From NCBI GenBank assembly GCA_036478295.1, contig JAZGDW010000256.1:1-18946 (forward strand): a DNA stretch of 18,946 nt. The letters run 5' to 3'. Source of the DNA: Candidatus Krumholzibacteriia bacterium (GTDB taxonomy: Bacteria; Krumholzibacteriota; Krumholzibacteriia; WVZY01). Under the pieces are notes generated by a model that had not been told where the DNA came from, did not search any database, and was given only the letters and a program-made list of their open reading frames with translations. Each line of letters starts with the position of its first letter. Within the stretch, counting starts at the first letter, position 1. Positions 1-9,201 of the stretch are shown one piece after another. The position numbers were made by a program, and so were the translations under genes.

Positions 1-417
1 TTGATTCCAAAGGACGACGGGCGGCTCCTCGTCGGCGCCAGCCAGGAAGAGATGGGATTCGACGAGTCGGCCACGGCGGGTCCGGTGATGCGCCTCTTGC
101 AGCGCGGCTGGGAAGCCATTCCTTCGATATACGATCTCGCCGTCGAGGGCATCGAGGTGGGACTCCGTCCGGGGAGCCGCGACCAGGCGCCGATCATCGG
201 TGCCGCGCCGATCGACGGTCTTTACTACGCAACGGGGCACCACCGCCACGGCATCCTGCTCGCGCCACTGACCGCGTATGCGCTGAGCGACCTCATTATC
301 GACGGCACGGAGAGCCCCTATCTCGAACCGGCGCGGCCCTCGCGCTTCGGTGCCAAGCGCGGCAGTTCGCAAGGGCCGACTGAAATCAGCGCGGGACACC
401 GGCAGGTGATGGAGTAA
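1..417 (+). CDS. thiO: Glycine oxidase ThiO, C-terminal part (5'-truncated by the window)
   Basis: DAAO-family C-terminal motifs 'IPKDDGRLLVGAS', 'GLRPGSRD..PIIG' and 'ATGHHRHGILLAP'; stop TAA overlaps the thiS ATG (TAATG); thiS-thiG context. Confidence 0.88.
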   Translation: MIPKDDGRLLVGASQEEMGFDESATAGPVMRLLQRGWEAIPSIYDLAVEGIEVGLRPGSRDQAPIIGAAPIDGLYYATGHHRHGILLAPLTAYALSDLIIDGTESPYLEPARPSRFGAKRGSSQGPTEISAGHRQVME

Positions 418-623
418 TGGAACTCACCGTAAACGGCAGCAAACGAGCTTTCCCGGGTCTCGAAACGCTCGATCAATTGATCGAACGACTCGACCTGGCG
501 GGCGCGCCCGCGGGCATCGCGGTCGCCTTGAACGACACCGTCATCCCCCGCGACCAATGGGCCGCATCACGCCTGCGGGACGGTGATAGTGTCGAGGTGA
601 TTCATGCCGTGCAGGGCGGCTAG
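417..623 (+). CDS. thiS: Sulfur carrier protein ThiS
   Basis: 68-aa ubiquitin-like protein with 'IAVALND.VIPR..W....L.DGD.VEVI..VQGG' and a C-terminal Gly-Gly; GGAG just upstream. Confidence 0.95.
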   Translation: MELTVNGSKRAFPGLETLDQLIERLDLAGAPAGIAVALNDTVIPRDQWAASRLRDGDSVEVIHAVQGG

Positions 624-659
624 CACCTTGCGGCCCTTTTATCAGGAATACGGAGACCA

Positions 660-1445
660 ATGGACACGTTCCAAATAGCCGATAAATCGTTCGAATCGCG
701 GTTGATCCTCGGGACATCGAAATACCCGAGCCTCGAGGTCATGCTGCAAGCGCTGGAAGCGAGCGGCACCGAGATGGTGACCGTCGCGGTTCGCCGCGTC
801 AATCTCGACGACCGGTCGCAGGAAAACATTCTCAATCTCATCGACCGCAGCCGTTACTTTGTCCTGCCCAACACGGCGGGCTGTTTTACCGCCAAGGAAG
901 CAGTGCTCACCGCGCGTCTGGCACGAGAGGCCCTCGGCACACGTTGGGTCAAGCTCGAAGTCATCGGCGACGACGACACCCTCTTTCCCGATGTGACCGA
1001 GCTTCTCAAAGCCACGGAGCAACTCACGGGAGAGGGTTTTGTCGTGCTTCCCTACTGCAACGACGACCCCGTTACCTGTCAGAAGCTCGCCCGCATGGGT
1101 TGTCCCGCCGTCATGCCGCTGGGCGCACCTATCGGGTCCGGCATGGGCATCCGCAATCCGTACAACCTCCGCATCATCCGCGAGACGGTGGACGTTCCCG
1201 TCATTGTCGACGCCGGTGTCGGCACCGCGTCCGACGTCGCCGTTGCCATGGAACTCGGCATCGACGCGGTCCTCCTCAATACCGCGGTCGCCGAGGCGCA
1301 GCATCCCGTGCAGATGGCGCGGGCCATGCGGCTGGCCGCGGAGGCCGGACGCCTCGCCTTCCGGGCGGGGCGCATTCCCAAGAAACTCTACGCCTCGGCA
1401 TCCAGCCCCCTGGAAGGTCTCATTGAAACAGAGCGCGACACTTGA
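660..1445 (+). CDS. thiG: Thiazole synthase ThiG
   Basis: Motifs '[10 protein letters not shown]', 'LPNTAGC', 'WVKLEVIGD' (Schiff-base Lys), '[12 protein letters not shown]', '[10 protein letters not shown]', 'ASSP'; GGAGA RBS. Confidence 0.97.
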   Translation: MDTFQIADKSFESRLILGTSKYPSLEVMLQALEASGTEMVTVAVRRVNLDDRSQENILNLIDRSRYFVLPNTAGCFTAKEAVLTARLAREALGTRWVKLEVIGDDDTLFPDVTELLKATEQLTGEGFVVLPYCNDDPVTCQKLARMGCPAVMPLGAPIGSGMGIRNPYNLRIIRETVDVPVIVDAGVGTASDVAVAMELGIDAVLLNTAVAEAQHPVQMARAMRLAAEAGRLAFRAGRIPKKLYASASSPLEGLIETERDT

Positions 1446-2076
1446 TTTTCGTCTGCTGTTCATTACCGACCGGACGTTGAGCCCCGCCCCGCTTTCGGAG
1501 AGGGTGCGCGAGGCATGCGAGGCCGGCGTCCGCGCCGTTCAACTGCGGGAAAAAGACCTCCCGGGCCGTGAGCTCTTCGAGCTCGCGACGCGGCTCCGGG
1601 AGGAGACGGCACGGCACGGCGCCGCCCTGTTCGTGAACGACCGCCTCGACATCGCGCTGGCTACAGGAGCGGACGGGGTGCACTGCCCGGAAAACGGGTT
1701 TTCGCCCGATGTGGCCGCACGTGTGATCAAAGCCGCCGCCGCGGGCGAAGCGAAGCAGACCGTGGGGGCCAGCGTCCATTCCCCCGCGGGTGCGCTGCGT
1801 GCGCAGGAACAGGGGGCCGATTTCATCACGTTCGGACCGGTTTTCGCCACGCCGTCGAAGGCGGCATGGGGTGAACCACAGGGGCTCGACGCACTCGAGT
1901 TGGTGTGCCGTCGCGTCGACCTGCCGGTGTTCGCCGTGGGAGGCGTGACCGTGGAACGGGCCGCCGCCTGTTTGGAGCGAGGCGCCGCGGGCGTGGCCGT
2001 CATCTCCGTCGTCATGACCGCACCGGACGTCGCCTGCGCCGTCGCCGCATTCGAGTCCGCACTGGGAACACTATGA
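1423..2076 (+). CDS. Thiamine phosphate synthase-fold protein (ThiE/TenI family), paralog 1
   Basis: C-terminal part of ORF 1039..2076; probable start is the in-frame TTG at 1423 after GGAAGG, overlapping the thiG 3' end. Motifs 'LFITDR', 'VQLREKDL', '[19 protein letters not shown]', 'GASVHS', '[10 protein letters not shown]', 'PVFAVGGVT'. Confidence 0.85.
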   Translation: MKQSATLDFRLLFITDRTLSPAPLSERVREACEAGVRAVQLREKDLPGRELFELATRLREETARHGAALFVNDRLDIALATGADGVHCPENGFSPDVAARVIKAAAAGEAKQTVGASVHSPAGALRAQEQGADFITFGPVFATPSKAAWGEPQGLDALELVCRRVDLPVFAVGGVTVERAAACLERGAAGVAVISVVMTAPDVACAVAAFESALGTL

Positions 2077-2723
2077 AAAAACCGATCGGGCGTTTCCACG
2101 TTATTACCAATGAGGCGATCCAGAATCGGTTCTCACACGCGCGACTGGCCGAAATGGCGATCGCCGGCGGTGCGGACCTCATTCAATTGCGGGACAAGGA
2201 CCGCAGCACGAGCGAGCTGGTGGCGGCCGCTTCAGAGGTCCACGCGGTTTGCCGGGCATCGGGGATTCCCCTGATTATCAACGATCGCGCCGATATCGCG
2301 CTCGCAGTGGGCGCCGACGGTGTCCACCTGGGCCGCAACGACCTGCCCATCGCCGCCGCCCGCAGTCTCCTTGGACCGCAGGCCATTATCGGGGGCACCG
2401 CCTCAGACCTCGAACAGGCCAGACAGGTCGAAAGAGACGGCGCGGACTATGTCGGGTTCGGACACATTTATCCGACGAACTCAAAGAACAAGACAGGGGC
2501 GGCAATGGGCACGGCACCGCTGGCGGACGTTTGCCGGGCGCTCCACATCCCCGTCGTCGCCATCGGTGGCATCGACGAGCACAACCTGGCACCGGTCCTG
2601 GACAGCGGCGCATGGGGTGTTGCCGTGATCGCCGCGGTGTGCGCGGCAAACGACCCGGCGCGCGCGGCCGCGGGAGTCGCCGAGCTTATCCATAGCAGGC
2701 GCAAATTCGGAGAAGACTTATAA
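2073..2723 (+). CDS. thiE: Thiamine phosphate synthase ThiE, paralog 2
   Basis: ATG at 2073 overlaps the upstream TGA (ATGA). Motifs 'IQLRDK', '[23 protein letters not shown]', '[14 protein letters not shown]', 'PVVAIGGID', 'GVAVIAAV'. Confidence 0.88.
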   Translation: MKKPIGRFHVITNEAIQNRFSHARLAEMAIAGGADLIQLRDKDRSTSELVAAASEVHAVCRASGIPLIINDRADIALAVGADGVHLGRNDLPIAAARSLLGPQAIIGGTASDLEQARQVERDGADYVGFGHIYPTNSKNKTGAAMGTAPLADVCRALHIPVVAIGGIDEHNLAPVLDSGAWGVAVIAAVCAANDPARAAAGVAELIHSRRKFGEDL

Positions 2724-2740
2724 ATGAGGAGAGGTGAGTG

Positions 2741-3559
2741 ATGATGAAGCAGGCACTGACCATCGCCGGGTCGGACTCGGGAGGCGGCGCCGGGATCCAG
2801 GCTGACCTGAAGAGCTTTCACGCCAACGGCGTCTTTGGCACCTCGGTGGTGACCGCCGTCACTGCGCAAAACACGGTGGCGGTAACGGAGACCTTCGATC
2901 TTCCCGTTTCCCTGGTGACCGCACAACTCAACGCGGTCCTCGACGATTTCGACATCGCCGCCGCCAAAACGGGCATGCTTTCTTCAGCGGCCATCGTTTC
3001 GGCGGTGAGCGCCACATTGCGCGAGCGAGGTGGTCAGGTGGTCGAACGATTGGTCGTCGACCCGGTCATGATCTCGAAGGGCGGCAGTGCGCTCCTCAAA
3101 GACGACGCGGTGGCAACGTTAAAGAAGGAACTCTTGCCGCTGGCGCTGCTCGTCACGCCGAACAAGCACGAGGCGCAACTGCTCTCGGGGATGACCATCG
3201 CGTCCGCCGACCAGGTGAAAAACGCGGCAAAGGCCATTCATGATTACGGTTGCCGCAACGTGTTGATCAAGGGTGGTCACACGGAATTCGATCCGGCTAC
3301 CGATATGTTGTTCGATGGGAAAACGTTTCACGCTTTCCGGCACCGGTTCGTCGAGACATCGAACCTGCACGGCACCGGGTGTACTTTCTCCGCCGCCATC
3401 ACCGCGCGGCTCGCGCTCGGTGAACCGTTGCTCGAAGCAGTCGCCCATGCGAAGCATTACATTTCGCGGGCAATCGAACAGTCGTTGGCCATCGGGCACG
3501 GCCACGGGCCGACCCACCACTTCTATTTTCTCGAACCCGGAGATTGCCTCGAACGCTAG
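2741..3559 (+). CDS. thiD: Hydroxymethylpyrimidine/phosphomethylpyrimidine kinase ThiD
   Basis: '[20 protein letters not shown]', 'KTGML', 'VVDPVM', 'TPNKHEA', 'LIKGGH', '[11 protein letters not shown]', 'IGHGHGP'. RBS GAGGTG at 2731-2736; start could be 2738, 2741 or 2744. Confidence 0.96.
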   Translation: MMKQALTIAGSDSGGGAGIQADLKSFHANGVFGTSVVTAVTAQNTVAVTETFDLPVSLVTAQLNAVLDDFDIAAAKTGMLSSAAIVSAVSATLRERGGQVVERLVVDPVMISKGGSALLKDDAVATLKKELLPLALLVTPNKHEAQLLSGMTIASADQVKNAAKAIHDYGCRNVLIKGGHTEFDPATDMLFDGKTFHAFRHRFVETSNLHGTGCTFSAAITARLALGEPLLEAVAHAKHYISRAIEQSLAIGHGHGPTHHFYFLEPGDCLER

Positions 3560-3593
3560 CCGCAGGCCGTGCGTTCACAACCGGGCAGCGTCA

Positions 3594-4304
3594 TCAGGCG
3601 GCCGTGGCGTACTCTTCGTACACTCCATCCAGAAACGTCCACATGGCCCGCGCCGACAACTCGGCTGCTTCCAGTACTTCGCGCTGCGACGCTTGATCGG
3701 TGGCTTTGCTCCGCAGGATCTCCTGTTCCTGGCGGCGGTGAACCACATCGGCCTCCTCGTGCACCGAGAAGTACGACACGGTTCTCCCGTCCTCAATACC
3801 GTAGAAAGCCTTCAACCCCTCGCGCTTGGAGCGGGCGACCTCGGGCACCTGCGATTCAAAGGCGTAGAGCGCCGCCACACCCCGCAAATAGTTGTCGTCC
3901 GTCATCAGCGATTTTAACGTGTTGATCGAGTCCTCGGTTCTCGGCAGGAGCGGCGCCGCCTCCATTTCATCGCGGGACACGCCGAGGCCTTGGGCAAAAC
4001 GGAGCCACAGTTCCGGATGATTTTCCTCACCGTGCTCTTCGTCGATCAGGTTCTCGAGCAGCAACTGCCGCACACCGACGTCGTCACAACGTGAATGCAC
4101 CGCGCTCAAATACGTGGGAAAATTCTGTACGTGCGCATAATACTGCTTGGAGTATTCCGCGAGCGACTCCCTGGACAAACGTCCCTCGCTCCACGCCTGG
4201 TAGTACGGGTGTTTGAGCAACCAGTACCTGGCAATAACGTCATCGAGTTTCTTGATGAAAACCTCTGAAGCATCCGTCTTGCGTCCGGCCGGCAAACTGG
4301 TCAT
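3594..4304 (-). CDS. CADD/CT610-family heme-oxygenase-like diiron oxidase (PqqC/TenA fold), candidate self-sacrificing p-aminobenzoate synthase
   Basis: Motifs 'HPYYQAWSEG', 'YSKQYYAHV..FPTYLSAVHSRCDD', 'LLENLIDEEHGEENHPELW', 'GVAALYAFESQ', 'ARSKREGL', 'YFSVHEEADVVH' match my recollection of Chlamydia CT610. ATG at 4304 follows RBS GGGAGGT. Confidence 0.88.
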   Translation of the reverse strand: MTSLPAGRKTDASEVFIKKLDDVIARYWLLKHPYYQAWSEGRLSRESLAEYSKQYYAHVQNFPTYLSAVHSRCDDVGVRQLLLENLIDEEHGEENHPELWLRFAQGLGVSRDEMEAAPLLPRTEDSINTLKSLMTDDNYLRGVAALYAFESQVPEVARSKREGLKAFYGIEDGRTVSYFSVHEEADVVHRRQEQEILRSKATDQASQREVLEAAELSARAMWTFLDGVYEEYATAA

Positions 4305-4358
4305 CGAACTACCTCCCATTGCGTCAACCCGCGATCGAATTCGTTCGTAGAACGACTA

Positions 4359-4378
4359 CTATTGACAAAAGTCAATAG
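4359..4378. promoter_or_regulatory. Perfect palindromic operator candidate CTATTGAC-AAAA-GTCAATAG (FNR/CRP- or Rrf2-like)
   Basis: 8-bp perfect inverted repeat with a 4-nt spacer in the divergent intergenic region, 55 bp upstream of the CADD start; core TTGAC-N4-GTCAA. Confidence 0.6.
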
Positions 4379-4617
4379 AATGTACCCCAGCCGGAAAACA
4401 TTTGCAAACCCCTTCTTGGCCGCGCTCCACCCGGATTTTGATTACGTGGCGTCCGTATCGTACAAGGTCCGGAACGCGGCGGGCGAAAACCGGGAATCGC
4501 TAAAACCTGTTGACCCGTCGGCAGATCGTGCGGTAGGCTCTTGCACCAGACCAAACAACTTCCGAGCTTATTAGACCCGTCGTTTTCTCCACTCGAACTC
4601 GAAACGGAGTGGATCGC

Positions 4618-6393
4618 ATGGCAGTAGACACGATCCCGGGTTTGTTTCTCCACGCTGTCAAAACGTACGACACGCCGGCGGCATTCCAGCATAAGAAAGA
4701 CGGCCGCTACGTTTCAGTCTCGCACCGCGAGGTTTTCGACGCCGTCGACAAGGCGTGCCTTGGCTTGACGGCGCTGGGACTGGCCAAGGGCGACCGCATC
4801 GCGTTGTTATCCGAAAACCGGCTCGAATGGGTGATTGCGGACCAGGCGATCCTCGCCGGCGGGTGCATCAACGTGCCCATATACCCCACCCTGCCGGGGA
4901 ACCAGGTCGAATACATCCTGCGCGACTCGGAATCGCGCGCCGTATTCGTATCCGGCGGAGAGCAGCGCCAGAAAATAGAAGCGATTCGTTCGAAACTGCC
5001 CGGGCTGCAGCACGTGATTACGTTCGAGTCCAGCGCGGGCGACGGCATTATCACACTCGATGCGCTAAAGGAGAAGGGGTCGCAGGTCACCGACGCGCCC
5101 CCGTACGACGAGCGAATCGCGACCATCGGCAAGTACGACTGGGCGAGCATCATCTACACTTCCGGTACGACTGGCGAGCCGAAGGGCGCCATTCTCAACC
5201 ACTGGAACTTCGTTTCCAATGTTCTCAGCTGCGGGAGCAGCCTGGAGATCGGCCCCGGTGACGCGTGCCTGTCGTTCCTGCCGCTTAGCCACGTGTTCGA
5301 GCGCACCGGCGGGTATTACGTAATGTTGTACCGGGGGGTATCGATCGCATATGCGGAAAGCATCGACGCCGTGCCCCAGAACCTCCTCGAGGTCTCGCCG
5401 ACGGTGATGGTCAGCGTGCCGCGCCTCTACGAGAAGATGTACGGCCGCATCCTGGACGCCGTCAGCGCCGGGTCGGTCATCAAGAAAAGCCTCTTTTTTT
5501 GGGCGGTCGGAGTCGGCAAGACCTATGTTCGCGAGCTGCTCGAGAAACGCCTCAAGAAATCGACCAAGGTCAAGTACGGGCTGGCGTACAAGCTCGTATT
5601 CTCGAAATTAAAGGCAAAGACCGGCGGCAAGCTGCGCTTTTTTGTTTCCGGCGGCGCGCCGTTGGCCCGCGAAATAGCCGAGTTCTTCTATGCGGCCGGC
5701 CTGCCGATCCTCGAGGGGTACGGCCTGACCGAAACCTCACCTGTGATCACGTTGAACACGTTCGAGCACTTCAAGTTCGGAACCGTCGGCAAAGCCATCG
5801 ACGGGGTCGACGTGCGGATAGCGGACGACGGCGAAATACTCGCCCGGGGCCCCAACATCATGCTCGGGTACTACAAAAAGCCGGATCTCACCGACGAAAT
5901 TATGGACGGAGGGTGGTTTCACACCGGAGATATCGGCTACCTGGATGACAAGGGATTCCTGACCATTACCGACCGCAAGAAGGACATCATCGTTACGGCG
6001 GGCGGCAAGAACATTGCGCCGCAGCCGATAGAAAACCTGTTCAAAACGAACAAGTACATTGTCCAGGCTGTCATCGTCGGCAACCGCCGCAAATTCATTT
6101 CGGCGCTCATTGTGCCCAACTTCGACCATTTGACGACGTTCGCGCGCGCCGCCGGTATTTCGTACAACGAAGAGGCGGACCTCGTCAACGAGCCGAAGGT
6201 GATCGAGAAGATCCAGAGCGAAATCGATGCCATGAGCACGCATCTCGCGGGCTTCGAACAAGTGAAGAAATTTGTGCTCCTCGCCAAGGATTTTACGATC
6301 GAGGCCGACGAGCTCACGCCGACGCTCAAGGTCAAGCGTCGTACGATCGAGACCAAATACAAAGAGCAAATCGACGCGATTTACGCGTCTTAA
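4618..6393 (+). CDS. fadD: Long-chain-fatty-acid--CoA ligase (AMP-dependent synthetase)
   Basis: AMP-binding motif 'IIYTSGTTGEPKG', 'LPLSHVFER', 'VPRLYEK', 'SGGAPL', 'EGYGLTETSP', 'WFHTGDIG', 'ITDRKKDIIVTAGGKNIAPQPIE', 'ELTPTLKVKR'. ATG at 4618 lies 8 nt after GGAG. Confidence 0.92.
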   Translation: MAVDTIPGLFLHAVKTYDTPAAFQHKKDGRYVSVSHREVFDAVDKACLGLTALGLAKGDRIALLSENRLEWVIADQAILAGGCINVPIYPTLPGNQVEYILRDSESRAVFVSGGEQRQKIEAIRSKLPGLQHVITFESSAGDGIITLDALKEKGSQVTDAPPYDERIATIGKYDWASIIYTSGTTGEPKGAILNHWNFVSNVLSCGSSLEIGPGDACLSFLPLSHVFERTGGYYVMLYRGVSIAYAESIDAVPQNLLEVSPTVMVSVPRLYEKMYGRILDAVSAGSVIKKSLFFWAVGVGKTYVRELLEKRLKKSTKVKYGLAYKLVFSKLKAKTGGKLRFFVSGGAPLAREIAEFFYAAGLPILEGYGLTETSPVITLNTFEHFKFGTVGKAIDGVDVRIADDGEILARGPNIMLGYYKKPDLTDEIMDGGWFHTGDIGYLDDKGFLTITDRKKDIIVTAGGKNIAPQPIENLFKTNKYIVQAVIVGNRRKFISALIVPNFDHLTTFARAAGISYNEEADLVNEPKVIEKIQSEIDAMSTHLAGFEQVKKFVLLAKDFTIEADELTPTLKVKRRTIETKYKEQIDAIYAS

Positions 6394-6435
6394 CGTGTAC
6401 GGGTGGATGCCGGTACCATAACGATTGGGGGAGTA

Positions 6436-7719
6436 ATGCGCACCGTTCTCCAGAAGTTTTTTGTCCTTGCGCTAGTCGTCACGATTCCTTCGACGGCGAC
6501 CGCGGCGGGTTTTCTCATATTCGAGGCCGGCGCGCGGGCGTTGGGTATGGGTGGGGTCATGACCGCCCAGGCGAACGACCCATCGACCATATTCTTCAAC
6601 CCGGCGGGTCTCGCTCGATTGGAGAAAACGAACGTCTATCTGGGCACATCGATCATCTTCGCCGGCTCGGAGTTCGCGGGCGTAGGCCCCGACCCCGGAT
6701 TTGGAACGACCGGATCGACCGGCACCATGATTTTCCCACCTATTAATTTCTACATCACACACGCGCTCAGACCCGATATAGGTATCGGGCTAGGCGTGTT
6801 CAACCCGTTCGGGCTGGGCCAGGAATGGGAGAATCCGGAGACCTTCGTCGGACGTCACATCACCGATGACGTGGATCTCAAGTCCTTCTACATAAACCCG
6901 ACTGTCGCCTGGAGCCCGAATGACCGCCTGTCGGTGGGCGTTGGTCTGCAGGTGGTTCACGCGAGCGTCGAGCTTCACCAGTTTCAGCAACGGTGGAACC
7001 AGAACGTAGGGACCTTTGTCGATGTCGGCACGCTGGCACTGGACGGGGACAACAGCGTGGATTTCGGCTACAACTTCGGAGCGCTGTTCGAGGTCAATGA
7101 CGACTGGTCGATAGGCGCATCCTTCCGCAGTCAGGTAGAAGTGGCGTTCGAGGGAGACGCCGATTTCGATCGGATTCTGACCGGTGATACAATATTCGAC
7201 AACGCCGTCGCCGCACTGTTTCCTGACGACCAGGAGGCGGGCACGGAGATCGAGTTTCCATGGATCGTTTCCGCGGGTATTGCCTACAGTGGCGTGGAAC
7301 GCTGGGTTTTCGAGGTCGACGTCAACACGGTAGGCTGGTCCACGTTTGATGAGTTGCCATTTAGTTTCAGTGCCGACCCCAGTCTCAATGTCACAAGACC
7401 CCAGAACTGGGACACCAAGGTGAGCGTCCGCAGCGGCGCCGAATACGACGCCACCGACCAGGTCGCGCTGCGTTTTGGATACTACTTCGACCCCACGCCG
7501 CAGCCGAAGAACGTGATAAGTCCCCTCCTCCCCGATGTGGACCGACACGGTATTTCTGTCGGTTTTGGTTACAAAGCCGAGCCGTGGACCGTCGATGTTT
7601 TCAGTTTGATACTCATCACGAGTGACCGCAGTACGGACGGCCAGAGTCTCGATGGCTTCAACGGAACTTATGAAACGTTCGCCAATCTCTTCGGCATGAA
7701 CTTCGGCTATCAGTTCTGA
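6436..7719 (+). CDS. fadL: OmpP1/FadL/TodX-family outer-membrane long-chain fatty acid transporter
   Basis: Signal peptide ending 'TATA', mature N-terminus 'AGFLIFEAGARALGMGG', NPA motif 'IFFNPAGL', 'NPFGL', 'LPDVDR', C-terminal 'FGYQF' beta-signal. RBS GGGGGAG before ATG at 6436. Confidence 0.9.
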   Translation: MRTVLQKFFVLALVVTIPSTATAAGFLIFEAGARALGMGGVMTAQANDPSTIFFNPAGLARLEKTNVYLGTSIIFAGSEFAGVGPDPGFGTTGSTGTMIFPPINFYITHALRPDIGIGLGVFNPFGLGQEWENPETFVGRHITDDVDLKSFYINPTVAWSPNDRLSVGVGLQVVHASVELHQFQQRWNQNVGTFVDVGTLALDGDNSVDFGYNFGALFEVNDDWSIGASFRSQVEVAFEGDADFDRILTGDTIFDNAVAALFPDDQEAGTEIEFPWIVSAGIAYSGVERWVFEVDVNTVGWSTFDELPFSFSADPSLNVTRPQNWDTKVSVRSGAEYDATDQVALRFGYYFDPTPQPKNVISPLLPDVDRHGISVGFGYKAEPWTVDVFSLILITSDRSTDGQSLDGFNGTYETFANLFGMNFGYQF

Positions 7720-7733
7720 ACAGGGGTGCACTT

Positions 7734-9062
7734 ATGAGAATGATCTTCATGCGATTGCTGTTTCTATCCATGTTCGCCATGACCATCGGCGGCTGCGCCG
7801 ATATTGATCCCATCACGCCCGGCCCGGTCAACCCCGGATCGGCGGATTTTACCCGCTATGTTGCCGTCGGCAACAGTCTGACGGCGGGCGTGCAGTCCGG
7901 CGGACTGGTAGACAAATTTCAAAACGTCAGCTTCCCCGCGCTCATCGCGGAATCGGCGCGTCTTGGCGCGTTCGAAATGCCACTGGTTTCGGAGCCGGGC
8001 ATCCCGGCGCTCTTGAACCTGGAACAGATCCTGCCCACGCCCATTATCAACCCACTACCCGGGCCCGATGGATCACCTACCAACCTGATGTTCCCGGGCA
8101 TTTACAACAACCTCGGCATTCCGGGTGCCCTGCTGCACGATTTGCGCGTGCGGCGCCCGAACCCCGTCGACGCGTTTGGATTGGTGTTGCGGGACACGAC
8201 ACTCGGACCGACCGCAATCGCCCAGGCGCTGAATGCGCAACCGACGTTCGTCACTGCGTGGATGGGGGCAAACGACATCCTCGGCTCGGCCTCGATGGGC
8301 ACGGACCTGGGTTTGACCGATGTAACATTTTTTGAGAACGAGTACCGGGCGGCCATCAATGCGCTCAACGCGGGCGCCGGCGCCATGGTAACGGCGAATC
8401 TTCCCGATATCACCGCCATCCCGTTCTTTACCACTATTCCGTGGTTTGTCGTCGACCCGGTGACACGCCAACCCGTCCTGGATCCACAGAACAACGTCAT
8501 ACCGCTTATCGGCCCCGGGCCGGCGAACCTGGTGCCAGGTACCCTGGTGACGCTTCGAGCGTCGGCATCGCTCGCCCAGGGCATCGGGATCCCTGTCGCC
8601 CTGGGAGGCACGGGAAACCCACTGCCCGACACCGAGGTCATTAATCCGACCGAGCTGGCCAACATCCAGACGCGTCTCGGGGAGTTCAACGCCATCATCG
8701 ACAGCATTTGCACCAACCGTGGCGTTCCGGTCGTGGACATGTTCGCCTTTTTCAATGGCATCAAGGCCAATGGTATTATGCTGCACGGGAACAAGTTTAC
8801 GGCGGACTTTATCTCAGGCGGGCTCTTCAGCCTGGACGGAGTGCATCCGTCGAGTCTCGGCTACTTGATAGTCGCGAGGGAGTTTATCAGGGTTATCAAC
8901 GCAAACTTCGGGGCGTCGCTCCCCGATCCCCCGCTGCCGCTCACATCGGGGATGGCCGCCGCCATGGCCAGGAGTATCTCGCCGCTCGAGTACGTGGCAG
9001 CGATGCCGCCGGGGGCGTTCGACGGCGTGGTGCGAATGTTGAGCGGTTCGAACTATCGATGA
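7734..9062 (+). CDS. SGNH/GDSL-family hydrolase lipoprotein
   Basis: Lipobox-like 'IGGC' after a hydrophobic stretch; block I 'VAVGNSLTAG', block II 'NNLGIPGA', block III 'GANDIL', block V 'SLDGVHP'. Confidence 0.85.
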   Translation: MRMIFMRLLFLSMFAMTIGGCADIDPITPGPVNPGSADFTRYVAVGNSLTAGVQSGGLVDKFQNVSFPALIAESARLGAFEMPLVSEPGIPALLNLEQILPTPIINPLPGPDGSPTNLMFPGIYNNLGIPGALLHDLRVRRPNPVDAFGLVLRDTTLGPTAIAQALNAQPTFVTAWMGANDILGSASMGTDLGLTDVTFFENEYRAAINALNAGAGAMVTANLPDITAIPFFTTIPWFVVDPVTRQPVLDPQNNVIPLIGPGPANLVPGTLVTLRASASLAQGIGIPVALGGTGNPLPDTEVINPTELANIQTRLGEFNAIIDSICTNRGVPVVDMFAFFNGIKANGIMLHGNKFTADFISGGLFSLDGVHPSSLGYLIVAREFIRVINANFGASLPDPPLPLTSGMAAAMARSISPLEYVAAMPPGAFDGVVRMLSGSNYR

Positions 9063-9171
9063 CTCGGTAGCCGCAGTACGCCTTTGGGGGTGGCCGTGGC
9101 GCATGAGGATCGGAGCCGACAGCGTTAAAGACAGCAGTTCAATCGCGATACGCGGGCGGGCAGCTTTGGGC

Positions 9172-9201
9172 TTGACCGTCCGCGTAACTCTATGATATAA
9201 T
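9172..9201 (+). promoter_or_regulatory. Sigma70-type promoter for the large secreted-protein array
   Basis: -35 TTGACC (9172-9177), 18-nt spacer, extended -10 TGaTATAAT (TATAAT at 9196-9201), conspicuous in a GC-rich background. Confidence 0.72.

Noticed and set aside
1039..1422. N-terminal 128 aa of the 345-aa ORF 1039..2076
   Set aside because: Out-of-frame overlap with thiG; ThiE-fold similarity starts only near 1440 and a TTG with an RBS lies at 1423.
1905..2072. Arg-rich N-terminal extension of ORF 1905..2723
   Set aside because: Overlaps the upstream gene; the ATGA-coupled start at 2073 fits normal ThiE length.
3560..3593. Bidirectional terminator between thiD and the CADD gene
   Set aside because: No convincing stem with flanking U/A tracts in the 34-bp gap.
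3594..4304. TenA (thiaminase II) or PqqC assignment for the minus-strand gene
   Set aside because: It carries the CADD-type E/H/E/H/D/H ligand pattern, is convergent to the thi operon rather than within it, and no pqq genes are present in the window.
4440..4600. Possible riboswitch (c-di-GMP or TPP) upstream of fadD
   Set aside because: Only superficial resemblance ('gggcgaaaacc'); the conserved core motifs could not be found by eye.
4362..4692. Small intergenic ORFs 4362..4574 (+) and 4372..4692 (-); likewise 9265..9468 (+)
   Set aside because: No clear RBS or motif, and they overlap regulatory elements or neighbouring genes.
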